From NCBI GenBank assembly GCA_034530615.2, contig JAVRCV020000059.1:32001-96000 (forward strand): a DNA stretch of 64,000 bases, written 5' to 3'. Positions 1 through 10,913 of the stretch are shown here, in pieces. A model generated the notes under the pieces. That model saw only the letters and a program-made list of their open reading frames with translations, made no database searches and was not told where the DNA came from. The position numbers and the translations under genes are program-made. The stretch is from Aulosira sp. ZfuVER01. GTDB taxonomy: Bacteria; Cyanobacteriota; Cyanobacteriia; Cyanobacteriales; Nostocaceae. Numbering within the stretch: position 1 is the stretch's first letter; every line of letters starts with the position of its first letter.

Positions 1-2374
1 CAGAGCGCACATACAACTTACCAATATCTTCAGGGTTAGAGCGGAATTTTGCATCTGCTTGTACGTAAACTCGGTAAGTCCGCTGTAACAAATTAAAGTC
101 GTTGACATACCGCGAACCCAAATAACTTTGTAAGGTATTAAAGATGTCGTTGACTTTCACTTGCAGGGCTTTGGCTTTGCTGCGGTCTACTTCAATTACC
201 ATCTGCGGTGTATTCGCACTAAATGTGCTAAACACAGCTTGCAATCCTGGTGTTTGATTACCGCGTTGGAGTAACTGACCCATAACTTGCGTCATTGTAC
301 CCAAGCCATTGTTACCGGCTCTATCTTGTAGCTCAAATTGAAAGCCACCAAAACTACCTAAACCTTGAATCGCTGGGGGGTTAACTGGTAAAATTCTTGC
401 TTCGGGAATTGCCGATAGCACTCCCCGGAGTTTATTCATAATGGCTTGTGCTGATTGCTCCTCACCAGTGCGCTCATTCCAAGGTTTGAGGGTAGTAAAA
501 ATTGCACCACTGTTAGCAGTATTACCACTGAAACCAAAGCCACCAATAGCGAAAGTACCAACTACTTCCGGTATTTTCAGGATTTCTTTTTCTACCTGAG
601 CCATGACGTTGCTGGTGTAGTTGAGCGAAACACCTTCTGGCCCTTGGATAATCGTGATGAAATAGCCTTGGTCTTCTTCTGGAAGAAAGGCGGTAGGTAC
701 GCGGGTATACACCCAGGCTGTCAACCCTAAGGACAGAACAAATAGCAAGACAACGATCGCAGCAAAGCGGTTTAAACGAAACAGCGATCGCTCGTACCCT
801 CTGCGTATCCAATCGATAAATCTATTGACTACCCCGAAAATCTTGCCTAACCAACCACGAGGTCTTTGTCCGCGACGTAGCAGTAAGGCGGAGAGGGAAG
901 GCGTGAGAGTTAGAGCTAAAAAGGTGGAAATGGCAATCGAAAAGGCGATCGTCAGCGCGAATTGTTTGTAAATCTGCCCTGTGGAGCCAGGAAAGAATGC
1001 TACAGGAACAAATACAGCCATTAATACCAAAGAAGTGGCAAGTACCGCCCCGAACAACTCGCGCATGGATTCGGAGGCTGCTTGGCGTGGTGGCATCCCC
1101 TCATCCTCAATCAAGCGGGCAATGTTCTCCACAACGATGATGGCGTCATCCACGACTAACCCTGTAGCCAAGGTGATACCAAACATCGTTAATGTGTTGA
1201 TCGAAAACCCAAATGCTTTGATAAAGGCGAATGTACCAACCAACGCTAGGGGAATTACAATCACTGGAATCAACGTTGTGCGCCAGTCTTGCAAGAACAG
1301 GAAAATCACCAAAACCACAAGTGCGATCGCTTCTATCAGCGTCTTCACAACTTCTGATAGAGAGGCTTCCACGAAAGATGTGGTATCAAAAGCTACTTGA
1401 TATTTCATCCCTGGCGGAAAGCTTTGTGCAAGTTTCACCATTTCTGCTTTCACCGCCTTCGCCACATCCAAGGCGTTACTCCCTGGAGTCGGAAATATCC
1501 CTATACCAACACCTTCGTTACCTCGAAATCGCAGAAACGAGTTATAGTTTTCTGCTCCTAGTTCCGCTCTACCTACATCTTTGAGTGTAATCAGCGAGCC
1601 ATCAGCAGCAGTTTTCAGAACTATATTGTCAAATTCTGAGACCTCTGTCAGCCTACTAACAGCTCTCAAGTCTATTTGATAAATCTGATCCTTATCTGTA
1701 GGTTGCTGTCCAATTTGCCCTGCACCTACCTGCAAGTTTTGCTCGTTGAGTGCATCAATTACATCTTGGGCGGTGAGATTGCGGCTAGCAAGACGGTTAG
1801 GATCGAGCCACAGACGCATAGCGTAGCGGCGTTCGCCAAAAATCCGCGCCTCACTCACACCTTTGATTCTTTTGAGGGCATCTACTAAATATAAATCGGC
1901 GTAGTTGCTTAAAAATACGTTGTCAAAAGCCTGTTTCTCGGCATACAACCCCATCGCTAAGAGGATGTTGTTAGATTGTTTGCTAACAGTAACTCCAGTT
2001 CGCTGTACGGCGTCTGGTAACAACGGTTGTGCAACAGAAACTCGATTTTGTATATCTACCGCCGCAATATCTTTATTGCGCTCGGCATCAAATGTAACAG
2101 TAATTGTACTAGTACCGTTGTTACTACTGTTTGAGGTCATGTATTTAATGCCCTCAACCCCGTTAATTTGGCGCTCTAAAACAGTCGTGACGGTATTTTC
2201 GACAACTTCAGCACTTGCACCCACATAATTAGCAGTCACGTTAATTTGCGTTGGGCTAATTTCTGGATAGCGGGCTGTGGGCAGCGTGGGGATGCTGATT
2301 GCTCCTACCAAAAGGATGATGATGGAGCAGACACTGGTAAATACAGGTCGCCTGATAAAGAAGTCAACAAACAT
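1..2374 (-). CDS. RND efflux transporter permease (AcrB/HAE1 family), 3' end outside window
   Basis: Reverse strand from ATG at 2374 reads MFVDFFIRRPVFTSVCSIIILLVG...; later GLVVDDAIIVVENIAR motif; follows the MFP gene. Confidence 0.93.
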   Translation of the reverse strand, partial: MFVDFFIRRPVFTSVCSIIILLVGAISIPTLPTARYPEISPTQINVTANYVGASAEVVENTVTTVLERQINGVEGIKYMTSNSSNNGTSTITVTFDAERNKDIAAVDIQNRVSVAQPLLPDAVQRTGVTVSKQSNNILLAMGLYAEKQAFDNVFLSNYADLYLVDALKRIKGVSEARIFGERRYAMRLWLDPNRLASRNLTAQDVIDALNEQNLQVGAGQIGQQPTDKDQIYQIDLRAVSRLTEVSEFDNIVLKTAADGSLITLKDVGRAELGAENYNSFLRFRGNEGVGIGIFPTPGSNALDVAKAVKAEMVKLAQSFPPGMKYQVAFDTTSFVEASLSEVVKTLIEAIALVVLVIFLFLQDWRTTLIPVIVIPLALVGTFAFIKAFGFSINTLTMFGITLATGLVVDDAIIVVENIARLIEDEGMPPRQAASESMRELFGAVLATSLVLMAVFVPVAFFPGSTGQIYKQFALTIAFSIAISTFLALTLTPSLSALLLRRGQRPRGWLGKIFGVVNRFIDWIRRGYERSLFRLNRFAAIVVLLFVLSLGLTAWVYTRVPTAFLPEEDQGYFITIIQGPEGVSLNYTSNVMAQVEKEILKIPEVVGTFAIGGFGFSGNTANSGAIFTTLKPWNERTGEEQSAQAIMNKLRGVLSAIPEARILPVNPPAIQGLGSFGGFQFELQDRAGNNGLGTMTQVMGQLLQRGNQTPGLQAVFSTFSANTPQMVIEVDRSKAKALQVKVNDIFNTLQSYLGSRYVNDFNLLQRTYRVYVQADAKFRSNPEDIGKLYVRS

Positions 2375-2391
2375 ATAAATCGTTGCTTAAG

Positions 2392-2515
2392 TATTGGGTA
2401 TTGGGCATGGGGCATGGGGCATTGAGGCATGAGAAAAATAGGGCAATGGGGCATTCCCCCTTGTCAACGCCACTTGCTACAACGGAGGGAACCTCCGCAA
2501 CGCAGTGGCTCCTCC
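2392..2515. repeat. Heptamer tandem repeats (TGGGCAT-like) followed by a small dispersed repeat
   Basis: tattggg/catgggg units; 2477-2502 is the exact reverse complement of 17394-17419. Confidence 0.75.
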
Positions 2516-2549
2516 TGGTCTTCCCTTGTCCCCTTCTAGCCTCCAGTCT

Positions 2550-3863
2550 CTACTCTGGAATCACAGGAACACCATCTCTCAGATTCAGTAACCCTGAGAC
2601 GATAATTTTTTCTTCTGGCTGCAATCCTTCCAGAACTTGGTAATTATTGCCTTGGATATTGCCTAATTTCACCTGTTGTTGCCGAGCTACTAATTGGGAA
2701 TTACCTTGTGGAGTATTTTCTGTTTGCGCTACATAAGCAAATGTTTCACCCGCTACACGAGATACTGCTGTTGTGGGAATTAAAACTCCAGATTTCCGAT
2801 TCCAAATCACTCTAGCCCGCACTAATTGATCTGCCCGCAATTTACCTTGTGAGTTATTCAATAGTGCTTTGACTAGGATTGATTGAGTACCATTACCGAT
2901 ATTTGGCGAAATAAAGAATATTTTACTTTTACCTAGAGGTTGCCCTTGAGCATCCATGACTTCTACTGGTAATCCTTGACGCAATTGAGAACCACGCTCA
3001 AGCGGGACAGAGATGTTGACTTCCAAAGGTTGATTTTGAGTGATTGTAGCTAACTGTGTGGAAGTATTCACAAAATCACCGACTTTTACGGGAATTTCAC
3101 CAACTGTCCCAGCAAAAGGAGCAGTAATTTTGTAGTACTGAAGCTCAACTACTTGTTGATTGGTATTTGCTTCTGCTTGCTGCAAAGCTTTTTCTGCCTG
3201 GGTTATGGTTGCTTGCTGTGCTTGAATTTTGGAATCTATGGCAGCAAGTTGCGCTTTGGCTGTGGCGAGACGATTGGCGTACTGCTCCTTAGTCTGTCGG
3301 GAAACTGCGCCTTGTTCAGCCAGATTAGTGTACCTGTCATAATCTTGCTGGTTCAATCGCACATCAGCAACATTTGATAAGCGATCGGCTTGTAAGGATT
3401 TGAGTGTGGCGAGGGCATTTTGTAGCTGCGCTCTGGCTGCTTGTGAACCGGCATTTAACCCACTAACTGCTGCTTGCTGCTGTCTTGGATCTACTTGAAT
3501 AATTGGCGTTCCCTGAGCCACTTTATCTCCCGATCGCACAAATATCTGCGTGACTTGTCCTTGAATTCGCGGTTGCAACCTAACTGAACGCCGGGATTCT
3601 AGGTTAGCAATAAAATCTGAACTCTCCTCAATTGTGCCTGTTTGTACAGGTGCTACCTTGACTCTTACCCCTGGTGGAGCATTATTTGGTGCAGCAGCTT
3701 GATGTTGAGGAGTTACCAAACGCCAAACTATAGCTGTACCACCACCAAGCAATAATAGTGCAGCTAACACTAACCGCAGCCACCGCCATTTTTGTGGAGG
3801 TGGCTCAAATGACGGCTCTGGAACCCGTTCTTCAAAATCAGTTTGATGTTCAGGGGATGTCAT
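2550..3863 (-). CDS. RND efflux periplasmic adaptor (membrane fusion protein)
   Basis: N-terminal TM segment, lipoyl-like halves (PRIQGQVTQI..., ITAPFAGTVG), coiled coil; upstream of permease. Confidence 0.93.
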   Translation of the reverse strand: MTSPEHQTDFEERVPEPSFEPPPQKWRWLRLVLAALLLLGGGTAIVWRLVTPQHQAAAPNNAPPGVRVKVAPVQTGTIEESSDFIANLESRRSVRLQPRIQGQVTQIFVRSGDKVAQGTPIIQVDPRQQQAAVSGLNAGSQAARAQLQNALATLKSLQADRLSNVADVRLNQQDYDRYTNLAEQGAVSRQTKEQYANRLATAKAQLAAIDSKIQAQQATITQAEKALQQAEANTNQQVVELQYYKITAPFAGTVGEIPVKVGDFVNTSTQLATITQNQPLEVNISVPLERGSQLRQGLPVEVMDAQGQPLGKSKIFFISPNIGNGTQSILVKALLNNSQGKLRADQLVRARVIWNRKSGVLIPTTAVSRVAGETFAYVAQTENTPQGNSQLVARQQQVKLGNIQGNNYQVLEGLQPEEKIIVSGLLNLRDGVPVIPE

Positions 3864-4403
3864 GGTATGCAGAGAACCTAAAAAAATTAAAGCTGATTGA
3901 AATTTAATTTACTGATTTAGCATGAAGCTTGATGAGAAATTATCTGATATACCATCTCAAATATACTCCCTTGATAACTTACGCTAATCTACCAAAAGGT
4001 GAGATATAAAATCTAGTTTACAAATATAATTAGGCTGCTGTCTTTTCAATTCTTGCGAAAAATGTTCGATTCTTGCTAACAGGCGATCGCTTCTGAAGAT
4101 ATTGCTAGTAATAAATGTAATTTATTATTCTACTTATATACTGTTAAAATTTTATTTTTTACACTTAACTACTCTAGTAAATAAATATAAAATCCCCCGG
4201 CAGAGAGCATTTGGAGAGAAAATTATTCAAAAAGCTATTTGTTTATCATGTATCTCCAATAACATTACTTAATAAAAGTGCTAAAGCTAAGATAGTTATC
4301 CTTTGATGACTAATCCAAGATGAGGCAGATATAAGGTAGCTTGCTATATCTACCTCTATAGAATGGCAAAATTTGCTCTGGAATACTAAATACATACTTC
4401 ATA

Positions 4404-4511
4404 TATAGGACTCCTATTTGATTTTTGAACAAATTCCGTATACTTCAATTTCTCCATTCCCTTTTCCGTGCGTCTATGAGTGATTTCTGAGAATCATGTC
4501 GGATTGCTACA
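4404..4511. repeat. Degenerate MITE-like inverted-repeat element
   Basis: Ends tataggactcctatttgatttttgaa / tttctgagaatcatgtcggattgctac are imperfect inverted repeats. Confidence 0.45.
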
Positions 4512-4586
4512 TATTAGCTAAGTAATAAAAAATCAATTTTTTTATATTTTTGATACAAAGCACTTACTATGGAAATTTATTTAGCA

Positions 4587-4711
4587 TAAGTAGTTAAACA
4601 TAATGAATTACACAATGTCATTGCGAATGGAGCGAAGCGAAATGAAGCAATCGCAAGGGCTGGGATTGCTTCGCTTCGCAATGACTGTAATTAATTTTGC
4701 TTAGTTACTTA
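4587..4711. mobile_element. MITE-like element with internal palindromic repeat
   Basis: Terminal TAAGTAGTTAA / TTAGTTACTTA; inner GTCATTGCGAA...TTCGCAATGAC and GAAGCAATC...GATTGCTTC inverted repeats. Confidence 0.6.
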
Positions 4712-4752
4712 CTGAGTCAGAAAAACCTCTTTCTTGAGAAAGTTGTGTTTAT

Positions 4753-7107
4753 ATGAAGAAACACTTTTTGTGTTTTGCTTTATTGATTTCCGGCTTATTT
4801 GTCGAAACTCTAAAGTTCTTTAAGTCTAAAGTAGTTTTCATTGTTTCTACAATAAGTTCCATTTTTTATCGTAAAAAATCTTTGGAAATGAGAAATACTA
4901 TGCCATCTATCGAAGAACAGCGTATAGGCTTATATAACAATAGCGGAGTTTATTACCCCGATGGATTAACGTGGAAGTTTAATATAGAAATCAGAATACG
5001 AGTTTCTCCTGTCGTTATTAATCAAGTAGTTTACGTTATCAACGACAAAGGTACTTTCTATGCAATAGATACCCGAACTAGAAAAGCAAAGTGGAATTGT
5101 CAAACATCAGAAGTAGCGAAATGGTTTGAAACAGCCCTTTATCGGCGCTTTCCACCAACAATAGTTGATAATATTGGCTACATCAGTAACAATAATCAGT
5201 TGTATGGAATAGACCTGAAAACAGGTAGAGCTAAATGGACATTTACCACACCAGGCGCAGTGGAATCATCGCCTGTTGTCGCAGATGGTGTTGTTTATAT
5301 AGCTAGTAACTTTACAGAAACGCACTGGCCAAAAACCGAGCATCCTTCCACACCTACTATGGATGTGTACGGTTATCTCCAGGCTGTGGATATTGCTACC
5401 CAGCAAGTAATATGGCAATTTGAAAAACCCAATGGAGTTAGTTCTCTTGCTGTTGCTGATGGCACAGTCTACATTTTCGCATTTGGTAGTTTCTGGGCAC
5501 TGGATAGTGCTTCATCTGCGGTACGGTGGCAGTTTAACAAACACAATCACAGTTTTTTGGCTCCAGTGGTTGTTAATGGAATAGTTTATGTTAGCTGTCC
5601 GTCTTACTATTTCCATACGAAAAGTTCAGTTGTTGCTTTACAGAGTGCCAACGGAAAAGTTATGTGGGAATTCCAAACAAACAGTTATATCTCCACAAGT
5701 CCGTTAGTCACTGATGACATGGTTTACGTTAGCACTAGAGATGGATATCTTTTAGCTCTCAACAAAGAAACAGGGCAATTACAGTGGAATTTTTATCGTG
5801 GCGATCGCAACATCACTTCCCCTAGTATCGCTGAGGGAATAGTTTATTTCAGCAGTGAAGATGGAAATCTTTATGCCTTATCCAGCACTACAGGCCAGCA
5901 ACTGTGGAAGTTCACAACAAGAGGTGCAGGGTTTTCATCTCCTGCTGTTGCTGCTGGAATGGTTTATTTTGGCAGTGAAGATGGCTGTCTATACGCCATT
6001 GATACTAAAACAGCACTGATTAACCAAATCGTTTCATCTGCATTAATTCCTATAGAGCCTGTACCAGAGCCGCCAATTAACTCAGATGGAGCTATGTATC
6101 GTGCTAATCCACAGCAAACAGGTGTTTACATTACTAGAGGCGTTCATCAAGTTGTTGGCTTGAAGTGGAAATTATCGCTGGATACATATTTATCATCTCC
6201 CCCTATTGTTGCAAATGGAATAGTTTATGTTGGCGGCAGTAACTCTCATCTTTATGCTATAGATGCTGAGGTTGGAAAACAAATATGGCAGTTTAAAGCA
6301 ACTTCTGGAATCCATTCTTCTGCTGCTATTGCTGATGGCATGGTTTACATTGGAAGTGATTCTTTGTATGCACTTTCTGCAACGACTGGACAAGAGCAGT
6401 GGTCAATCAAACTCAGAAGCGCTTCGTCTGCTGCTGTTGTTAATGGCACAATCTATGTTTACAGCAGAAACAAAGGCGGATCAGACAATCTCTCTGCCCT
6501 GTCGTGTCGGAATGGACAACTAAAGTGGTCTAGCCAAAATGTATTCAGGCGTGGCGCTTGCCCTTTAATAGATGATGGAATCGTTTTAGTACGCAATTAT
6601 CAAGTAGAGGCGCTTTCTCTCGCTACAGGAGAAGTTGCTTGGCAGTTTAAGACTCAACAGAACGATGATATCTTATCAGCTATTTCTGATGGAACAGTTT
6701 ACATGTGCAATGGACAGAAAAATTTCTATGCAGCTGATATAAGTACTGGAGAGGTGAAGTGGAACTTTAGTCCAGAAAAAACCTGGTTGCTTCCTACTCC
6801 AGCGATTTTTGATGACACAGTTTATACTATCGGCGAAAATACTCATACACTCTACGCACTTTCCTGCACAACTGGGGAAGAGAAGTGGCAGTTTACAACG
6901 GATACTAAGATACAAACACCTCCGACTATTGCTGACGGAATTGTTTACTTAGGAACCTTTAGGGGTCATATCTATGCAGTAGACACTCAAACAGGACGAC
7001 AACTATGGAAGTGGGAAATAGGAACTTCATTGTACTCTGAACTAGCGATCGCCTCAGGGGTAATCTATACTACGGGCTATGATGGGAAGCTTTACGCGCT
7101 CAGTTAA
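4753..7107 (+). CDS. PQQ-like (BamB-type) double beta-propeller repeat protein
   Basis: Many LYA(I/L)D..TG...W.F and SP.VADG.VY repeats; two halves joined by Pro-rich linker; start codon uncertain. Confidence 0.85.
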   Translation: MKKHFLCFALLISGLFVETLKFFKSKVVFIVSTISSIFYRKKSLEMRNTMPSIEEQRIGLYNNSGVYYPDGLTWKFNIEIRIRVSPVVINQVVYVINDKGTFYAIDTRTRKAKWNCQTSEVAKWFETALYRRFPPTIVDNIGYISNNNQLYGIDLKTGRAKWTFTTPGAVESSPVVADGVVYIASNFTETHWPKTEHPSTPTMDVYGYLQAVDIATQQVIWQFEKPNGVSSLAVADGTVYIFAFGSFWALDSASSAVRWQFNKHNHSFLAPVVVNGIVYVSCPSYYFHTKSSVVALQSANGKVMWEFQTNSYISTSPLVTDDMVYVSTRDGYLLALNKETGQLQWNFYRGDRNITSPSIAEGIVYFSSEDGNLYALSSTTGQQLWKFTTRGAGFSSPAVAAGMVYFGSEDGCLYAIDTKTALINQIVSSALIPIEPVPEPPINSDGAMYRANPQQTGVYITRGVHQVVGLKWKLSLDTYLSSPPIVANGIVYVGGSNSHLYAIDAEVGKQIWQFKATSGIHSSAAIADGMVYIGSDSLYALSATTGQEQWSIKLRSASSAAVVNGTIYVYSRNKGGSDNLSALSCRNGQLKWSSQNVFRRGACPLIDDGIVLVRNYQVEALSLATGEVAWQFKTQQNDDILSAISDGTVYMCNGQKNFYAADISTGEVKWNFSPEKTWLLPTPAIFDDTVYTIGENTHTLYALSCTTGEEKWQFTTDTKIQTPPTIADGIVYLGTFRGHIYAVDTQTGRQLWKWEIGTSLYSELAIASGVIYTTGYDGKLYALS

Positions 7108-7148
7108 ATTAAGCTGAAAGCACCAGCCCAATAAGTCTTTCAGCCGAA

Positions 7149-7388
7149 TTATGGCTCAAGCGCTTTGGAGATGGAAGCCAAGCGATCGCGCTGTCTTAAC
7201 CAAGCTTCACATACTTGTTTGGTCAGCCGGATTTCTTCGTCAGTCAAAAGCTCATCCGTTTTTTTTTCGGCTAGAATTTTAGCGACTTTAGCGGCTTGAT
7301 GGTATTCAACGCCATATTTAACTAATTCTGTGTGCCAAAATTGCTGATTTTTTTGTAACGATTTATGTTTCTCTGTAAAATAAGTCAT
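7149..7388 (-). CDS. Hypothetical protein (79 aa)
   Basis: ATG-started ORF with helical, protein-like composition in an otherwise empty gap. Confidence 0.55.
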   Translation of the reverse strand: MTYFTEKHKSLQKNQQFWHTELVKYGVEYHQAAKVAKILAEKKTDELLTDEEIRLTKQVCEAWLRQRDRLASISKALEP

Positions 7389-7542
7389 TTTTATGATATG
7401 TATCTTGTCTCCTATACTCTAATTTCTAAAATTTGTAAACAAATTACTTCTTACTCCAGATAGATAAAGGGATCAACTTAATATTTCTTTTATATTCTGA
7501 AACAAAACTGCTTATATCTTAAAGCAAGTTCATTTTTAAACT

Positions 7543-7579
7543 AAAAAAATAGCTCTGTGAATCATTCACAGAGCTATTT
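7543..7579 (-). terminator. Intrinsic terminator of pirin gene
   Basis: AAATAGCTCTGTGAAT / ATTCACAGAGCTATTT stem with U tract on the minus strand. Confidence 0.75.
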
Positions 7580-7649
7580 AAACGAGCATATTGTCTTCTA
7601 AAACGCAGTCAACCCGAACTGTACTACCCTGTAGTATGCAAACTTGGGA

Positions 7650-8366
7650 TTAAGCCAAATCGAAAAGCAGGATTTCTGCACTAGCCTTGGTGCTGATTTC
7701 GAGTTTCTCTTCGCCACTAACTTGTACGCCATCGCCTGTTTTGAGTTCCTCGCCATTGAGAGTGGCTACACCTTGGGCGACGTGTAACCAGGCATGGCGA
7801 TCGCTCTTGATGTGATAATTAACAACATCACCCTTTTCCAGAATAGATGCGTATAGATCGAGATCTTGATGAACTACCACAGCGCCATCACGCCCATCTT
7901 TAGCAGCAATTAAGCGTAGTTTTCCCCGCTTCTCTTCTACGGGAAAGTTTTTTTGGTCGTACCTTGGCGTTAAACCTAGCTGATTGGGCAACATCCAGAT
8001 TTGCAGAAAGTGAACCGGCTCAGTTCGCGAATGATTATATTCACTGTGAGTAATACCAGTACCAGCACTCATAATTTGTGCGTCACCAGGACGAATCACC
8101 GAACCTGTTCCTAAGCTATCTTTATGCTCTAAAGCGCCTGATAAGACATAAGTGAGGATTTCCATATCTCGATGTCCGTGGGTTCCAAAGCCAGCACCAG
8201 GAACAACCGTATCATCGTTGATTACTCTTAGAGAGCGAAATCCCATAAAGTTGGGATCGTAAAAACTACCAAAGGAAAATGTGTGGTAGCTGTTGAGCCA
8301 ACTAATTTTAGTATGACCGCGTAAGTTGCTATTATGAATTACAAAATTCTTGGTATTTTGAGACAT
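7650..8366 (-). CDS. Pirin family protein (YhhW-like)
   Basis: HTFSFG..YDP, LRVINDD, GFGTHGHRDMEI, HSEYN, LQIW motifs. Confidence 0.95.
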   Translation of the reverse strand: MSQNTKNFVIHNSNLRGHTKISWLNSYHTFSFGSFYDPNFMGFRSLRVINDDTVVPGAGFGTHGHRDMEILTYVLSGALEHKDSLGTGSVIRPGDAQIMSAGTGITHSEYNHSRTEPVHFLQIWMLPNQLGLTPRYDQKNFPVEEKRGKLRLIAAKDGRDGAVVVHQDLDLYASILEKGDVVNYHIKSDRHAWLHVAQGVATLNGEELKTGDGVQVSGEEKLEISTKASAEILLFDLA

Positions 8367-8642
8367 AAATCTACCTCGTGGATAGTCGATTTTTTGAATT
8401 TACAAATTGAGTAATGTACATTTAAGCAATCCTAATTTTCATGTTTGATTGCCTAAAAGTTGAAATTAAATATTTAGTTTTACTGATTACTGCTACTTAA
8501 GTTGCATTCAAACAGCTAATTTTCTCTGTGCCTGAATTGCTCTATGTTCTTTGTGTGTTGGATTTTTTTCATTGAACGCAACTTGGTATTAGATTTATTT
8601 TTTGAACTATTTAAATAGTAATGTATCTAAATACAAAATGAA

Positions 8643-8669
8643 AAGTACGCACTTAAAAGTGACGTACTT
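8643..8669. promoter_or_regulatory. Palindromic operator-like site upstream of pirin
   Basis: AAGTACG-CACTT-AA-AAGTG-A-CGTACTT inverted repeat. Confidence 0.5.
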
Positions 8670-8898
8670 ACCAAAAAGTTACTACTATCGCAATCCTAAA
8701 TCATTTATGAAAAATTCATCATACTCAGTTAAAGCCCTACCTCCGAAGTTTTAACAAATTAGATAGGGCTGCTAGTGGTCGATGTCATTAATTTTCATGA
8801 GTTCGTAGTCAGAATCCAGACTCAAGCCTTGACTACGAACTTATTCACTTCAGATAACTCATGACATGAACCACTAGAAGTGGAAGGCTCAAAAGTTC

Positions 8899-9468
8899 TT
8901 ACTTGACAGCAGCTGGCTGTTTAGTTGCTTTCACAGCAGATGCGCCATTCTCACCTTTGATTTCAGCTACTTGCAGATGAGCTTCTAAGAACCAAAGACG
9001 TTTATCAATGGTGCGAGAAACTTCAGTATACAGGTCAGCAGTATCAAGATCGCCTAAATCATTGGTTTTGGCGATCGCTTCTCGCACATGTTTAGCATAA
9101 GGTGCGAAGCGATCTGCTAAAGCGGTTACATGGTCTTTGCCATCTAAAATATCAAAGGGGTATTCTGGCAAAATTGAATTGCTAGCTGCGGCGCGAGCTG
9201 TTCCGACGGCGTAGCCACCCAAAGCTGTGACACGTTCGGCAAACATATCAACGTACTCTTCCAGTTCGCCAGCCAGTTCATCGAACAATTCATGCAACTG
9301 ATAAAAATCAGTGCCTTTAACATTCCAATGGGCTTGTTTTACTTGGGTTTTCAAGTCCAGAGTAGCTGCCAAAGTTTGGTTGAGAATTACCACAATTTGC
9401 GATCGCGCTTCGGCAGGAATATCAATGCGGGTGGGATAAAGACGGGATGCAAGTTTATTGTCGCTCAT
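8899..9468 (-). CDS. dps: DNA starvation/stationary phase protection protein Dps
   Basis: KQAHWNVKG..FYQLHELFD, D..AERV ferroxidase motifs. Confidence 0.95.
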   Translation of the reverse strand: MSDNKLASRLYPTRIDIPAEARSQIVVILNQTLAATLDLKTQVKQAHWNVKGTDFYQLHELFDELAGELEEYVDMFAERVTALGGYAVGTARAAASNSILPEYPFDILDGKDHVTALADRFAPYAKHVREAIAKTNDLGDLDTADLYTEVSRTIDKRLWFLEAHLQVAEIKGENGASAVKATKQPAAVK

Positions 9469-9598
9469 GTGTTGTATCTGCTTGGAATATCTTCACAATA
9501 ACTCTACAAATAGTGCTTGAGTTTTTGGAACTTCCTAGAGACAGAGGGAATTTAGAAATTCATCAGTTATTATCTTCTTCATGAGCAAATTAGCTCAC

Positions 9599-10651
9599 TC
9601 AGGCTCGATGGTTATCTAGGGCACTAAATGTGCCACCAAAAAGGCGATCGCGGATTGTATCATTCTGCAAGAAATCATGGGGAAAACCCAGATCAATTTG
9701 ACTGACTTCATTGAGGCGTTGCAGATGTTCTGGTGATAAAGTGACATCTAAAGCTGCTAAGTTATCTTGAAACTGACTGAGCTTCCGTGCGCCGATAATC
9801 GGGATAACTACACCACTTTGAGCGTGTAACCAAGCTATTGCTACCTGTGAAGGTGTGTGTCCAATTTCCGCCGCAACTTGACTGACAACATCTGCGATCG
9901 CTAAACTGCGTTCGGAAATACTTCCAGTTGCAGGATTTGCTAATCGTCCTTGTTCATCCCCTGCTTGCGGCGGCTTGTTATACTTACCTGTGAGTACACC
10001 ACCGCCTAAAGGCGACCAAGGTGTTACAGCCAAATCTAAAGCTTTGGCCATTGGGAGTAAATCCCGTTCTGGCGTGCGTTGAATCAAACTGTATTCTACT
10101 TGCAAAGCGACAAATGGCGTCCAGCCTTGATAGTGAGCGATCGTGTTAGCTTGAGAGATAATCCAAGCAGGTGCGTCAGAAATGCCAACGTAGAGAATCT
10201 TACCTTGACGAACCATATCATCAAGCGATCGCATCACTTCCTCTACAGGTGTTGTAAAATCCCAAGCGTGCAACCAAAATACATCAATGTAGTCAGTATT
10301 CAGCCGTTTCAAACTGCCTTCCAAAGACTGAATTAAATTCTTGCGATGATTACCGCTACCGTTAGGATCGTTCTTGTTGTCGTTCATCCGCAAAGGGAAC
10401 GAATATTTAGTAGCAACAACAAAACGTTCTCGGTCTTGAGCAATTAACTCACCAACAATTTTTTCGCTCGTACCATCTGTATAACCGTTAGCGGTGTCGA
10501 TGAAATTGCCACCTGCTTCCACAAAAGTATCAAAAATCCTTCGACTTTCATCTTGGGAAGCACCCCAACCCCAATCTTCACCAAAGGTCATTGTTCCCAA
10601 GCAGAGTTCTGAAACTCTCAACCCGCTTTTACCTAAAAGTTTGTATCTCAT
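9599..10651 (-). CDS. Aldo/keto reductase
   Basis: LGKSGLRVSELCLGTM, FIDTANGY, ATK, SLKRLNTDYID; start set at MRYKLL. Confidence 0.93.
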   Translation of the reverse strand: MRYKLLGKSGLRVSELCLGTMTFGEDWGWGASQDESRRIFDTFVEAGGNFIDTANGYTDGTSEKIVGELIAQDRERFVVATKYSFPLRMNDNKNDPNGSGNHRKNLIQSLEGSLKRLNTDYIDVFWLHAWDFTTPVEEVMRSLDDMVRQGKILYVGISDAPAWIISQANTIAHYQGWTPFVALQVEYSLIQRTPERDLLPMAKALDLAVTPWSPLGGGVLTGKYNKPPQAGDEQGRLANPATGSISERSLAIADVVSQVAAEIGHTPSQVAIAWLHAQSGVVIPIIGARKLSQFQDNLAALDVTLSPEHLQRLNEVSQIDLGFPHDFLQNDTIRDRLFGGTFSALDNHRA

Positions 10652-10913
10652 CACGACTCCATGAATGTTACTTGTTTTCTCTATGGTTAAAAATGATTGT
10701 TGAATCACATAGACAATAAAACACAAAGAGGTAAATAGTCTTCTTTCCTAAGATTTGAATTGATTTTTTAATCATATTGACGATTTCAACAATAAATCTT
10801 TCTATTTTGATTGGATTCTCGGAAATTCTAGCAGTCATTACAAATCGCTGAAAAGCTTACTATATGGATTTATTCATTTCATAATTTAGACTTTATACTT
10901 CAGCCTTTCTGTA

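Noticed and set aside
455..2643. Short ORFs (mostly plus-strand) over the RND genes
   Set aside because: Antisense or alternate-frame shadows of the minus-strand RND permease/adaptor, or ORFs made of repeat DNA.
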